Positions 37,885 through 50,006 of a DNA stretch of 64,000 nucleotides are shown piece by piece. The DNA is taken from positions 1,426,001-1,490,000 of the forward strand of contig NC_079238.1 in the NCBI RefSeq assembly GCF_027921745.1, written 5' to 3'. Source of the stretch: Schizosaccharomyces osmophilus (taxonomy: Eukaryota). Under the pieces are notes generated by a model. It worked only from the letters and a program-made list of their open reading frames with translations, had not been told where the DNA came from and did not search any database. The position numbers were made by a program, and so were the translations under genes. Every line of letters begins with the position of its first letter. The first letter of the stretch is position 1.

Positions 37885-39763
37885 ATGGAATCAATAAGAG
37901 AAGAAGCTACACCAGATGATATTTTAAACTTGAAAGAGTTGTTTTTACTTGCAGTTTCTATGATCTGCTATTCAAGGTAAATTCCGTTGTAAAATGACAC
38001 CCTGTAGACTTCTGATGAGGATACTTAAACTAATATAAAAAGGAATTGTTTCCATAGAAATGTTTATCAAACAATTGAATCTTTGCAGGATGCTTTATGT
38101 GAAAAGAAAGACGCGCTTTTGCCTACGATTCCTATTGTACGTATTCGAGAAGGAATTGACTCATATGCAGACGAATTTTTAGAAAACATTGTATGTTCGC
38201 GTTTGTAACATTTAACTAAACAAACAGAAACTATATATCAATCCTTTTATTTTATCGAAGACTCAGTTCACGACCTACCTTGTGTTTTCTACCAAGGGGC
38301 TACGGGAATCAAACATTGAAACAGAACATATTGACAAAGTTTATGCTTTTGAAATGAATTTAGATGGAAGATTGTTTAACTATGACATCGAAAAATCTGT
38401 AAAACCATTTTTTAGACAACTCTTACAGGACTTACAATTCGAGACCGAAGCAGAAGGTAATCAAGTGTAATCATCTTCTTAAGCTAATAAACAAGCAGAT
38501 TCAAGCTCAGAAATGAAATGTATTCAAATTATGACTCAAACAGATACCGTTTCTTTGAATCGAACGAAATTGGACTCTCGTTTAACCCTCGAAGAAGATG
38601 AAACCGTTAAATCCATTGTGTGTACCCATACCGCAAACCTAAAAAACCTCACATCGATCACAGCAAGCGGAGATTCGTAAGTATAGTGTTTTTATGTTTC
38701 AAATACTAACTCTGGTATAGTCTCGTTGTCTTACAAAATGAAGAAAACCAGAATGACGACGATACGAGCATTGGTGATGATATGATGGAAAAGGAAATCG
38801 ATGACGTTGAAGTCCCAATTACCGCTTCGCAGGTGAAGATTGATTCTGAATTGGAGGCATTTTTGCAACCACCGTGGAATACTCAACCTATAGAATTAAC
38901 TCAGCCTTTGGAGCCCGAATTGGAAGAAATTGATAGACAACCCGAAACAAGTCTTCCAAGTACTGGTCTACGAGAGATTAAAAATCAAAATACTGATCTA
39001 AGAAAAGGAGATATTCCTACAGCTAAACCAAAGGCAATACCTACAAAAAAGATGCAGGATGAAGCAAACCGTATAAGCTGCGAATGTGGTGACAATAGTG
39101 AAGAGTTGGATATGGTAAGTATCACCAAAATTACTTTCTTTATTTCTGTTAACATAATTTAGTTTGAATGCGATTCTTGTAACGGATGGATTCATTGCTG
39201 CTGCTATGGGTTTGAGAGTGACAGTGATCCTCGCCAGCCCAGCACTCTACTTTGTTATACTTGCCTTCTTAGTGAATCCGAGCCTCAATTATATGAAAGG
39301 ATGACAGTGCTCACAGCTTATCGACGCGCAATTCAATTCTCTTGGGTTTTCGGTTACGAAGGAACGCAAAAACTAGCAAAGCGATTAAGTATGCACAAAA
39401 ATCAGGACTATCTGAAGATTGAAATTGGTTTACTAACAAAAACTAGATTGTAACCTTACAGATGCAAGAAGAATTGAGTCAAGGATGATTAATGAAGGAA
39501 TCCTGAATAATGAAAAAGGAAAAAAAAGCAATGCTCAAATTGTCAAAACTTCTGAAATGGTCGACTATTTAAAAGACAAATACTTCTCTCCTTCGCGATG
39601 GATAGCTCACTTAAATTTTAAAAATTATCGCAGAGAGAACAGACCGGTATATATGAAGTCGTTCCTTTCTTTACCTGTTGGGAAAGTAACGAATTCGAGA
39701 AGAAAACGTATCAAACTTACAAACGACGATGGATCGTCGTCAATGAAACCGCTTCGAATATAA
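37885..39763 (+). CDS. hop1: Meiotic HORMA-domain/zinc-finger protein Hop1; exons 37885-37976, 38043-38190, 38228-38456, 38499-38676, 38721-39114, 39163-39388, 39447-39763
   Basis: Six canonical introns join the fragments into one frame; HORMA-like N-terminus (AVSMICYSR); PHD-like CECG..CDSC..WIHCCCYG..CYTC; located between pop1 and ker1. Confidence 0.88.
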
Positions 39764-40075
39764 ACACTCTCAAATTCTCCTAAAACACTTCCATGGTCTT
39801 TGCTATTTTTTTTCTATAATATTTCTATTGCATTTATCTAAAACATAATATATTTACTGAAAGGTAAAAAAAATTATTCATTATTGTAGATAAGTATTCT
39901 TACGGCGGATTGCGGTAAACTGGATTTTCGGTACTACTTTTATAATCCTTATATTTTTGCATACCAAACAGAAGCTTTTCTTTACCATCGTATTAATACA
40001 AAAAAGGCCTTTCCTAGGCTCCAAAGGAGAATTCTTTTACAACAATACAACACATTGTATATATATAAACTGAAA

Positions 40076-40516
40076 ATGGCTACAGATTGTCCTCCTACCA
40101 TTGCCTTAAGAAAGACTGCCAAACTCAGCAAAGATCAATCACTCAGCTTTTTAGAGGGATACGTTCGAAAGATTGAGCAATTTCAAGATGAAAAGTCAGG
40201 AAGTGAAAGTGTTTTATCTCAATTGACTCGAGTTTTGATGTATTTGCGAGGTGAAGATGTTCCACTCCTTGCTAGCAATCCAGTCAACGATACTCCATCA
40301 ACGAAAGAAATAGTTGAGGAAACACCTAGCAAATCAGAAGAAACACCTTCAAAAAAGCATGGCCGTGAAGAAGACATGGCTGCCGTATCGAAAGAGGAGC
40401 GGAAGCGTTTGAAGAAAGAGCAGAAAAAGTTAGCACGAAGAGAGAAAGAAGAATCTCGTAAAGCAGGCCAAGAAAAAGAACCCCAAGAGGATGAAGATAA
40501 CCAACATGATGAGTAA
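40076..40516 (+). CDS. ker1: RNA polymerase I subunit Ker1 (A14-like), 146 aa
   Basis: Small protein with SVLSQLTRV motif and K/E/R-rich C-terminus; strong ATG context at 40076; gene order. Confidence 0.8.
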   Translation: MATDCPPTIALRKTAKLSKDQSLSFLEGYVRKIEQFQDEKSGSESVLSQLTRVLMYLRGEDVPLLASNPVNDTPSTKEIVEETPSKSEETPSKKHGREEDMAAVSKEERKRLKKEQKKLARREKEESRKAGQEKEPQEDEDNQHDE

Positions 40517-41142
40517 TCTTGTCTTTTTTTCAATTCATCTGGGTTCACTGTTATTGGTAAACGATCCTACTAAAAAATACATAATTTTACTGGTTTGGGA
40601 TGCTGCTTGCATTTTTGGTTCAAGGTTAGAAGAAAATAAACTCGTTTTATCATCATTTCATATCGCATAGTCATTCAATTAACTTATGCAGAGCTGTAGT
40701 CTTGTTACTATTCCCCGCTGGTGAAGGCTTATAAAAGGGGCTAGCATGTCGTTCACAAGAGGATACAAAAAAGTTTTTTTAACTTTCATACAGCTAATAG
40801 AAATGGCCTTTTGTTTGACAATTCATCTAGAAATTAAATCTTTTCTTGATTTTGGTATATTCTTTTAGCCAGTATTCTCAGTTTACATACATTTATCATA
40901 TCCTTGTTTTTAGAATGTTCGTGACTTGGCCAGCGGCAAATGTACCCTCCATGCTTAGAGTGCCAACATAGAGTTGGCAAGAATAAAGTAGTCTAGTGAA
41001 CTACTGTAAACGAACTGATGCGTCAAACGAAAAGTTGTGCATGTGCCTTCAAGCATTTGTGCGATTAGCAAATATCTTGGAGGGAAAGGACATTAAACTA
41101 AACGTTTTTGAGTGCCTTTTTTAGGTCAATATTTAAAATAAA

Positions 41143-43298
41143 ATGAATTATCCATTCATTTATGATACAATACTATGGATCCTGTCAAGTAAGTTTAAGA
41201 ATGAGCATGAGTAAAATCTGACTCTGGAGGATGGCCAAGTGCAGTCAAATAGCTAACTGCTTCTTTAGTATTAATTGATTTTTTCTTTCGGGAAGTTAAA
41301 ACCAGAGGTGCTTTTCGTGTACCCAGAAAGGGACCTGTTATTCTCGTTGCTGCTCCTCATGCCAACCAGGTAAGTAAACAGGATTCTTTTTTATCAGTCA
41401 GTGTTTTTAACTTTGGTTAGTTTGTTGATCCTTTGATATTAACGCTTCAATTACGACGAGAAGTGAATCGTCGAGCATCAACATTGGTTGCTGCGAAGAG
41501 CTATCGGCAAAAAATCATTGGTATATTTTCTAGAGCTTTCGGTGCAATTCCAGTCGAGCGTGCACAAGATTTAGCTAAGCGTGGTAAAGGAAAAATCTTC
41601 GTTGTACCTGACGGAGACCAAAGCGAGATTCATGGGGAGGGCACGGAGTTTACAAATCATCATCTTGGAGACACCATTATACTTCCAAATAATTCTGGAA
41701 GCACGCATATAGCCTCCATTGAAAGCGATACTTTAATACGTGTTAAACGTGAGTTTCGTGAAGAAGATGCTGTGCGTATGCTCCACTCACCCGAGGGGTG
41801 CACTTACAAAGTGGCTCCTGAAGTTAATCAATCAATAGTATTTGATAAAGTTAGAAAACGCCTCGTTGAAGGTGCTTGTATTGCAATTTTCCCAGAAGGT
41901 GGCTCACATGACCGTCCTGAAATGCTTCCTCTGAAAGCAGGCGTTGCCATCATGGCACTTGAAACTCTCTCTCAAAATCCGGATTGCGGCCTTCAAATTG
42001 TCTCTTGTGGTATGAATTACTTCCATCCTCATCGCTTTCGTTCGCGAGCTGTTTTAGAGTTTGGTTCTCCCTTATCTATCCCTGAAGAGTATGTCCAGCT
42101 TTATAAAAATGGGAAACGCCGTGAGGCTATACAGAATGTGTTGGATATGATTTATGGCTCACTCTTGTCTGTAACTGTACAAACTCCCGATTATGAAACT
42201 TTGATGGTTATCCAAGCATGTCGCCGATTGTACAAGCCAGCTCACGTGCAGCTTTCATTGCCAAAAGTAGTCGACTTGAATCGTAAATTGATTACAGGAT
42301 ATAATCATTTTAAGAATGATCCCCGTGTAATGCGTTTGCATGATAGGATCCTGTTTTATAATCGACAGTTATACCGTTTGGGAATTCGCGATCATCAAGT
42401 CCAAGGCCTCCGCTACTCCCGTTTTTTAATTCTGTACAAACTAGTTTATAGCTGCTGTAAGCTCTTTTTGCTAACCCTTGGTGCTTTACCAGGAGCTATC
42501 CTTTTCTCTCCGGTCTTTATTGCTGCGAAACGAATAAGTGTTCGTAAAGCCGAAGAAGCTTTGAGGGGATCCACTGTTAAAATCCAAGGTCGGGATATTC
42601 TGGCAACCTGGAAGTTACTGGTCGCTTTGGGCATGACCCCCATCTTATACTCATTTTATGCTTTGCTTTGTTGTTATTTTATTTACTCGTACAAATTAAT
42701 TCCGCATTCGAGTGTATTTGTTTATGCTATCCCTTTAATCTCGTCAATCTTGTTTCCTATGGTAACTTATGCGGCCTTGCGCTTTGGAGAAGTGGCTGTT
42801 GACATTTACAAGTCCATCCGACCCCTTTTCCTGGCCTTAATACCATCCAAAGCAAATGCTGTTTACGTTTTACAGCATGAACGAGAAGAACTTGTTGCTG
42901 AAGTTACAGACGTAATCAACACATTAGGACCTGAATTATTTCCAGATTTCGATGTTCATCGCCTGGTTCCAGAAAGACAAGAGCATCCGTCGAGGTATAC
43001 TCGTCGTCTTAGTTCTTCTGTCGAATCCGATGTAGATAATTTATCCCAACTCCACGAAACAGAAATGAACCAAGAGGCCCTTATTCCGTCTCAGGGCGAT
43101 GTATATCTATATTCACCTTATCCTCATGAATTGACGAGCTCAACGACAGATGAGGAATTAGAAAGCGGTAATAAGGCGTATCTCATCCGTAAAGCTTTGC
43201 GTGAGAGAATGGGACTGCGCATGAGCCAAAAAAATGACTCTCGAGATTTTACTCCGGATGGTGTCTTTAGTGAATCTGATGACCAGCTAAGTGACTAA
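41143..43298 (+). CDS. Glycerol-3-phosphate O-acyltransferase (Sct1/Gpt2 family); exons 41143-41188, 41269-41369, 41421-43298
   Basis: HANQ|FVD (HxxxxD) across intron 2, FPEGGSHDR, C-terminal transmembrane helices. Confidence 0.92.
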
Positions 43299-43960
43299 TC
43301 AACCATGTGAATATAAAAAAGCGAATTATTTGTTCCTGCTTTAGAAGATCTTACTTGAATATAGATTAGGGCGGGATAAAGGAAGGTGCAGTATTCATTC
43401 TTTATTCGACAAGAGCAAAGTAATTCACAGATGATAATTTGTTTTCAGTCTTAATTGTGGTTGTCTTTTCTCTTTTGATGTTACCAATTTCTCTCGAGAT
43501 AATAATGCGTGATGCAGTAATTAATACAGCTTAATAAAGCACTGAGAAAGCTATGAAAGTGATGGTATTGTTCGATGAATTCGAGTAATTTCGAAAGTTC
43601 GATTTCTAAAAGTTGGCTAAAACTATCACTACATTCATAAAGCTTACTTTATTGAAATGCTGAATCTTTAGTATAGGTAAACGTCGTTTAATTAATACAA
43701 GTGTTGAAAAGTATCAGATTTTGCGATCTTTCTAAAGAACTATGTAGTTTTAAAATCGCATTTAGGTAGATTCATAATAAAATAAATATATAAAACAATT
43801 AAATTTGAATTATTCTGGCATTGCAAGTTACACGACAAATGAATTGTTAGGCACAAGCCCGATTTTTTTACGCTGCATTTTAATATCATACCTCAACATC
43901 ATACATTCTAGTCAATTGGCTTAATCTACGCAAGTGCATAAGACTTAAACAAATACATAC

Positions 43961-44941
43961 ATGCAATCCCACAATAAAAACTTGTTTAAGAGTTCAGTGT
44001 CAGAGTCACTAACTTCAACGGCTCCACTGTTGAGTAAAAATATCTATGATCAGACTCTAAATCGAATCCGTAATGCTGAAGTAAACTTGTCTTGTTTTGC
44101 TTTTTTATTTAGTGAATTAATTCAAAGGATTCAGTCTCAAGTATCTGGTATTCAAGAATTTGAAGAAAAGTATGAACCTGGTTGGAAGAAAACATTGCAA
44201 TTGCAGCTGACTCTTTTTTCTTTCTAGACTAAATGAACATGGATATCGAGTCGGACAAAGGTTGGTAGAGCTGGTAATTTGGAGAGAAAGAAATCCCAGA
44301 CGTGAAATTCGAATACTGAACATTCTTCAATACATCCATTCTACGTTATGGAAATACCTTTTTGGACGACATGCAGACTCTTTGGAAAAGTCAAAAGAGA
44401 ATGAAGATGAATGTAAGTTTAATGGCTTGAAAAAAGAGCTTCATTACTTTCCATCGTGAACCATATTGATCTAACTTTCGTAGACATGATCGTTGACAAC
44501 AACCCTTTATTCAACAAATTTATTTCAGTTCCTAAGGAAATGAGTCAGCTCAATTGTTGTGCTTATTTGGCAGGCATTGTAGAAGGCTTTCTGGACAGTG
44601 CGCAATTCGTAAGTTTTCCCCTCTGTGCTGGCCAGCCTTTCTATGCTTGTGTGAAAGCTTTACCTCTAGTTAAACGGTTCTTTTTTTAAGATGATGTATA
44701 CAAGGATTAAGATCTTTTGTGACATGACGCTTTACCAGTCAGAGGAACTAAAGAACCAGTAGTCACTTGGCCGGCGCATCCTAGTACTTGTGCTTTCATT
44801 CATTATTATTTATACTGACTTTTATTTTAGCCTTGTAAAGCTTCCGCACATACTGTACCCCTCGCTCAACACACTCAAAGAACCGTTATCCTCATCAAAA
44901 TTCACTCTTCTGTCTTGGCTAGGGAAGAAATTATTGGGTGA
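43961..44941 (+). CDS. trs31: TRAPP complex subunit Trs31; exons 43961-44169, 44228-44412, 44484-44608, 44831-44941
   Basis: [47 protein letters not shown]; three introns. Confidence 0.93.
44624..44778 (+). ncRNA. Candidate intronic structured RNA (C/D-like) in trs31 intron 3 (unverified)
   Basis: 12-bp closing stem 44624-44635/44767-44778, 8-bp inner stem 44676-44683/44750-44757, ATGATG at 44691 and CAGA at 44740 just inside it. Confidence 0.45.
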
Positions 44942-45411
44942 TATTTTGGAAACAAAAGGTATAATAACGCAGATACTTAGACAAGAAAATACTTCAAGTA
45001 AATGATGAAACTAAAATAAACATTCTTTTGTTTGGATTTTATAAATAAGTGTTTTGTTTACTATTTTACGAACCCAAATTTGTCTTGATTAATTTGCATA
45101 ACGCCGTACAGTGTTGCTCCGTATTCTGCTTTCTCCCTAGAGACCTTATTTAATGAAGATAGGTACGTATTTCCTTTCACTGAGGAAAACCAACAGAACG
45201 AAGCAGATTCATTGATTTTAGGATTTGGTGAAGCATTTTGAAACATTCAAAGCCTAGGGAATTCATCGTCTTTTCAATACTCGAAAGAGTGGATCACCTT
45301 CCTTTTTCATAAAGTTCCCAGTCAGGAAAAGTCCCATTGGTACTTTTTTCATGTTTTTTAAGCTTTATTAGCTGCTATTTAATTCGAATCTTACATATTT
45401 GGGTTTTCCTA

Positions 45412-48138
45412 ATGCGATTTGAACAATACCTTTCTAAGATCTGCTTCAAGCTAGGAAGTCCTACCCGATATCCTCGATATAGAACGGGACTGCGGAGACC
45501 AAATTTACATTTTCAGTCACCAAGCTTATTATCACTTTCTGGATTTCATCCATTTCGCGCATATAGTATCTTTAAAGGACCTGGAGCCTTGAAAGGCAAC
45601 TCCCTTTCTACCGTAAATATACCTCGATTTCTGTCTTTTTCGTCGATCCCGAAAGCTTTTTTCCGCTCTTTACGACTTCCAGTTGCTGGATTTTCTCTAG
45701 TCGCTGGCGGTATTGCTTATGTTGGTGCTCAGGTACAGCGCGCCTCTGATTATACAAAAGATGTTTTTGACAGAGCATTTAACGTTGTAGATTCTGCTTG
45801 GGATAAAACGAGAGAAGTGGTCAATGACGCTACGGCCATAAACTTGCCTGAAATCCATATGCCAGAATGGATGGAAAAGATTCTTCGTCTTGACGAAGAG
45901 AGTGTCGAGAAACGTCGCCAAATGCAGTTACGGAAAGGTCAAGAAAAAAAAAACCAAGCAGGAGAAAGCGGAAATGAGTCAAGTGGTTCTGGAAATGATG
46001 ACAATCCTGCGGGTGTTGTGGTCGGTCTCACTGGGGTTGTTGCTTCCAATCTGACAACTGATGAAGAAAGCAGTTATGACAAATTAAACGAAGACGAAAA
46101 GCAAAGGTTAGCGCAAGAATCTAAAGATGACCGTATGATGATTTTCACAAAAAAGATGATCGAAATCCGAAATATTTTACATGACATTCAAGATGATAAT
46201 AGCCATATTACACTTCCAAGCATTGTTGTTATAGGTTCACAAAGTAGTGGAAAAAGCAGTGTTTTAGAAGCGATTGTGGGGCACGAGTTTTTGCCCAAAG
46301 GTTCTAATATGGTAACAAGAAGACCCATTGAGCTTACATTAGTTCATTCCAAAGAAACCACGACTCCTTATTGCGAATTCAATGGCTTTCAACTTGGACA
46401 AATTACTGATTTCACAAAAGTTCAGCAGGTTTTGACGGATATGAACATGGCTATACCTCCTCATCGAGGAGTGGACGACGACCCAATTCGTCTTACCATT
46501 TGTGCTTCCCATATCCCAAACCTTTCACTTATTGATCTACCCGGCTATATCCAAATCCATTCGTCTGATCAACCAGTTGATTTAGACGATAAGATTGCTA
46601 ACTTGTGCGACAAATATATCCAAGAACCAAATATCATTTTGGCGGTTTGCGCAGCAGACGTTGACCTTGCAAATTCAACTGCCTTGAAAGCGAGCCGACG
46701 TGTAGATCCTTTAGGTCTGCGAACAATCGGTGTCATAACAAAGATGGATCTAATTCCTCCCGAGAAAGCTGTTTCTATTTTACGTAACGAGCATTATCCA
46801 TTGCACTATGGGTACATTGGTGTCATATCCAAAGTTCCCCAGTTGAGTATGTGGTCGCGGAATCAAAATTTAACGGATATCGTGAGCTCTCGAGAAAGGT
46901 CTTATTTTTCTGCTCATCCTGAATTTCGCGATCTTCCGGTTCTGCCTATGTTAGGAATCCAAAATCTTCGCAAAAACTTGATTCATGTACTTGAGTACAC
47001 AATGTCAAAGAATTTACAGTACACTGCTGACTCCATACGGTCAGAATTGGATGATTGTAGTTACCAATATAAAGTTCAATATAATGATCGTCTTTTAACT
47101 GCGGAATCTTACATTGCCGAAAACCTTGATGTTTTGAAGGCTGCATTTAAGGAACTGTCACAGAAACTTGATAAAAATGAAGTTCGTGCGTTGCTTAAAG
47201 AAAGTCTAAACGAAAAGACTCTGGACTTGTTGGCTGAAAGATATTGGGTGGACGAAAGCATCCTAGATTGGACCAAGCAATCCAAAACAGTCGATGAACA
47301 TTGGCAGTATAAATTGGATAGTTGTGTCTCCCTATTGACACGTATGGGTTTGGGTAGGGTATCTACGTTGCAGGTTACAGAGTTATTATCAAGAAAGGTT
47401 GAGGAGATTGCTAAACAGAGTCCCTTTGGAGAGCATCCTGGTGCCTTGCAGTATATTTTAAATGCTACTCAGGACATTCTACGAAGAAGATATCATAATA
47501 CCTCCGAACAGGTAGAAAATTGTGTGAAGCCATATAAATTCGAAGTTGAAATAGATGACGAAGAATGGAAAATCAGTCGCTCAGAAGCCCAGGCACTGAT
47601 ACAGAAAGAACTTAGCATGTGCCAAAATGCAGAAGAGAAAATAAGAAAGGTGCTAGGCTCTAAAAGACTGTCACAAGTACTTGACTTTTTAGATTCACAA
47701 GCAAAATCTTCTGAGCCATTACCGGTTGCTCATAGCGCGATATTGTTGGATCAGGGTCGATTGATGCAGTACTTGCAAATGCGAGAAGATATTTTGAAGC
47801 TACGTCTTTCGACTTTGAAGTCCAAAACGTGTAAGTTGAAAGAGTCAAAATACCTGTGTCCTGAAGTTTTCCTTAATGCTGTGTCGAATAAACTAATAAA
47901 CACAGCTGTATTATTTATTAATATCGAACTGCTTTCCGAATTCTATTATCAATTTCCTAGAGAATTAGATCAACGACTTATTCATTCTCTTACTTCTGAT
48001 CAGTTGGCATCATTTGTGGACGAAAATCCTCGCCTGAAGTCTCAAATTCAGCTTCAACATAAAAAACAAGCTTTGGAATTGGCTCTGTTGAAAATCAATT
48101 CTCTCGCGATGCTTGAACGACAAACGGATAGTGATTAA
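45412..48138 (+). CDS. msp1: Mitochondrial dynamin-like GTPase (Mgm1/OPA1 orthologue), 908 aa
   Basis: Arg-rich presequence, transmembrane segment, GSQSSGKSS, VTRRP, DLPG, TKMD; first ATG at 45412. Confidence 0.95.
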   Translation: MRFEQYLSKICFKLGSPTRYPRYRTGLRRPNLHFQSPSLLSLSGFHPFRAYSIFKGPGALKGNSLSTVNIPRFLSFSSIPKAFFRSLRLPVAGFSLVAGGIAYVGAQVQRASDYTKDVFDRAFNVVDSAWDKTREVVNDATAINLPEIHMPEWMEKILRLDEESVEKRRQMQLRKGQEKKNQAGESGNESSGSGNDDNPAGVVVGLTGVVASNLTTDEESSYDKLNEDEKQRLAQESKDDRMMIFTKKMIEIRNILHDIQDDNSHITLPSIVVIGSQSSGKSSVLEAIVGHEFLPKGSNMVTRRPIELTLVHSKETTTPYCEFNGFQLGQITDFTKVQQVLTDMNMAIPPHRGVDDDPIRLTICASHIPNLSLIDLPGYIQIHSSDQPVDLDDKIANLCDKYIQEPNIILAVCAADVDLANSTALKASRRVDPLGLRTIGVITKMDLIPPEKAVSILRNEHYPLHYGYIGVISKVPQLSMWSRNQNLTDIVSSRERSYFSAHPEFRDLPVLPMLGIQNLRKNLIHVLEYTMSKNLQYTADSIRSELDDCSYQYKVQYNDRLLTAESYIAENLDVLKAAFKELSQKLDKNEVRALLKESLNEKTLDLLAERYWVDESILDWTKQSKTVDEHWQYKLDSCVSLLTRMGLGRVSTLQVTELLSRKVEEIAKQSPFGEHPGALQYILNATQDILRRRYHNTSEQVENCVKPYKFEVEIDDEEWKISRSEAQALIQKELSMCQNAEEKIRKVLGSKRLSQVLDFLDSQAKSSEPLPVAHSAILLDQGRLMQYLQMREDILKLRLSTLKSKTCKLKESKYLCPEVFLNAVSNKLINTAVLFINIELLSEFYYQFPRELDQRLIHSLTSDQLASFVDENPRLKSQIQLQHKKQALELALLKINSLAMLERQTDSD

Positions 48139-48749
48139 ACATCGTTTTTGAAGCATTTAAGGGAAGTTGGGGGGGTTTTCACGTCTATTTATGATATACT
48201 TTTAATAAACGACAGCTTGTTATGCATTAATATTTTTTATTTATAGAATCTATACTGGACATTTGATTCAGGTATATTTCAGTTGTAAATGGAGTAAAAA
48301 CAAATCTCAACCAAAGTGAAATCATAAACATTGTTTATTGATTTGATTAATCAATATCTATGATTAGCATCTTTATATATTTTTTAAAGCAATAAATAAA
48401 TTGTACTAAAAGTGTGCAAGAGAACAAATTCATCTTGTGTACCAAACTGAATTATTCCATTTAAGTCCTATAATTTTTTGGAACCAACATAGACATAGAC
48501 AAGTGTAAATTCTGACACTGCAATAAATAAAGAAGTAGAAGAGGAGGAAGTTACAGACATCACATCCATAGCAGTATTTCGGAAACCAATGAATAATATG
48601 TGTATCGATCATACACTATCAACAAGAATATTCACATAAAACAATACGGAGCAATAAACATAAATAGTAACTGTAAAAACAATGATAAACATGATGTAAA
48701 CAAATAAATTAGCTTAAAACGGTTCAAAAACTTAAACAACAAGCCCTGA

Positions 48750-50006
48750 TTATTTTATATCCGTATTGATAGCTTCCTGAATATTCTGTTGACTGTTTAA
48801 GAATCTCTGCTCATCGTGCAAAAAACAGCACCTTAAACCATAAGGACAGTAACCGTATAACATAAAAGAGCGACATGGCTCACTCTTGTACTTGGGATGG
48901 CGAGGGGGTTCCTTTAATTCATCGTCACCATGAGCAAACTGACATTTATTGCCGTAGCGGCAATTACCAGTGGTCTGCCAGTTTTTGCAAGGCTCAGTCT
49001 TGTACAAAGCACGTTTTCCAGTAGAGGTGGTAGAATTGTTGTTATTTCCAGGAGTGGCGGCACGAGGACGCTGATTAGCAGCATTGTTGATCTGGGTCTG
49101 CTTCAATTGCTCAGGTGATACTTGCTCTGGAAGGGGAGCAGAGGCTGAAAACTTTGATGAGTTAAGAACAGGAGCGCCCACGACAGGCGAGATTTGGTTT
49201 GAAAGAGTTGACGGTTGTGTACCGAGGGTGGTGTTCAGACTCGACTTCAAGGGAATGGACGGAATTGACCCAGAAGAATAGGATTGTCTTGATAAAACGG
49301 GTTTGGAGTTATGAACATTTGTCGATGACTTGGAAGGATAATACAACTTTGGCTTTGGATTGAAAGCACGATCGACAGAATTTTGTGCAAAATTAAACGA
49401 AGGCTGAGAAGAAGCTTCACCCATTTGAACGCCAGCCATGTTCATGGGATATGCCGTAGGCTTGGCATCCTCATTCAAACTAGATGGTAAAGTATGAAAA
49501 TCTAAACCAGAACTACCCACGCTACTTTTAGAGGGAAGGCTGTCTAAGGATGAAATAGGCGAAGGATAATCATTTAGATTACGGGAAGAAGTGTGCAAAT
49601 AATTTGTAGAAGCATTCGGATTAAAGGATTGAGTCCAAGCATAACCCTGGGTATTGTTGGTAGTCAAGTGCCAAGGCCAGCCATCGGCATCAGGAGATCT
49701 AGGAGTACCGACGTCCATAGAGCGATACTGGGGCATCACAGTTGAGGGAAAAGTTTCGTCAGGAGAAAGGACAGTGTTGTTTGCAGGCTTTAAATTTCCT
49801 AGCGTGTTCGCCGATTTGGAAAGCAAGGAAGAGCCATATGTGTCCAAAAGTGAAGAAGTAGGAGGTAACGATGAAGTGTTTTGGTTTTGAAGTGGAGTAT
49901 TGTTTGGGAATCTAGGGATAGTCAATGGATCAGTTTTGTAATCATAAGGCGGCCATTGACGGAATGTCAACGGTACTTGGGGACGAGACATGGGAGAGTA
50001 GACCAT
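48750..50006 (-). CDS. zfs1: Tandem CCCH zinc-finger (TTP/Tis11 family) ARE-binding protein, 418 aa
   Basis: LYKTEPC-x8-C-x5-C-x3-H and KYKSEPC-x8-C-x5-C-x3-H. Confidence 0.95.
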   Translation of the reverse strand: MVYSPMSRPQVPLTFRQWPPYDYKTDPLTIPRFPNNTPLQNQNTSSLPPTSSLLDTYGSSLLSKSANTLGNLKPANNTVLSPDETFPSTVMPQYRSMDVGTPRSPDADGWPWHLTTNNTQGYAWTQSFNPNASTNYLHTSSRNLNDYPSPISSLDSLPSKSSVGSSGLDFHTLPSSLNEDAKPTAYPMNMAGVQMGEASSQPSFNFAQNSVDRAFNPKPKLYYPSKSSTNVHNSKPVLSRQSYSSGSIPSIPLKSSLNTTLGTQPSTLSNQISPVVGAPVLNSSKFSASAPLPEQVSPEQLKQTQINNAANQRPRAATPGNNNNSTTSTGKRALYKTEPCKNWQTTGNCRYGNKCQFAHGDDELKEPPRHPKYKSEPCRSFMLYGYCPYGLRCCFLHDEQRFLNSQQNIQEAINTDIK

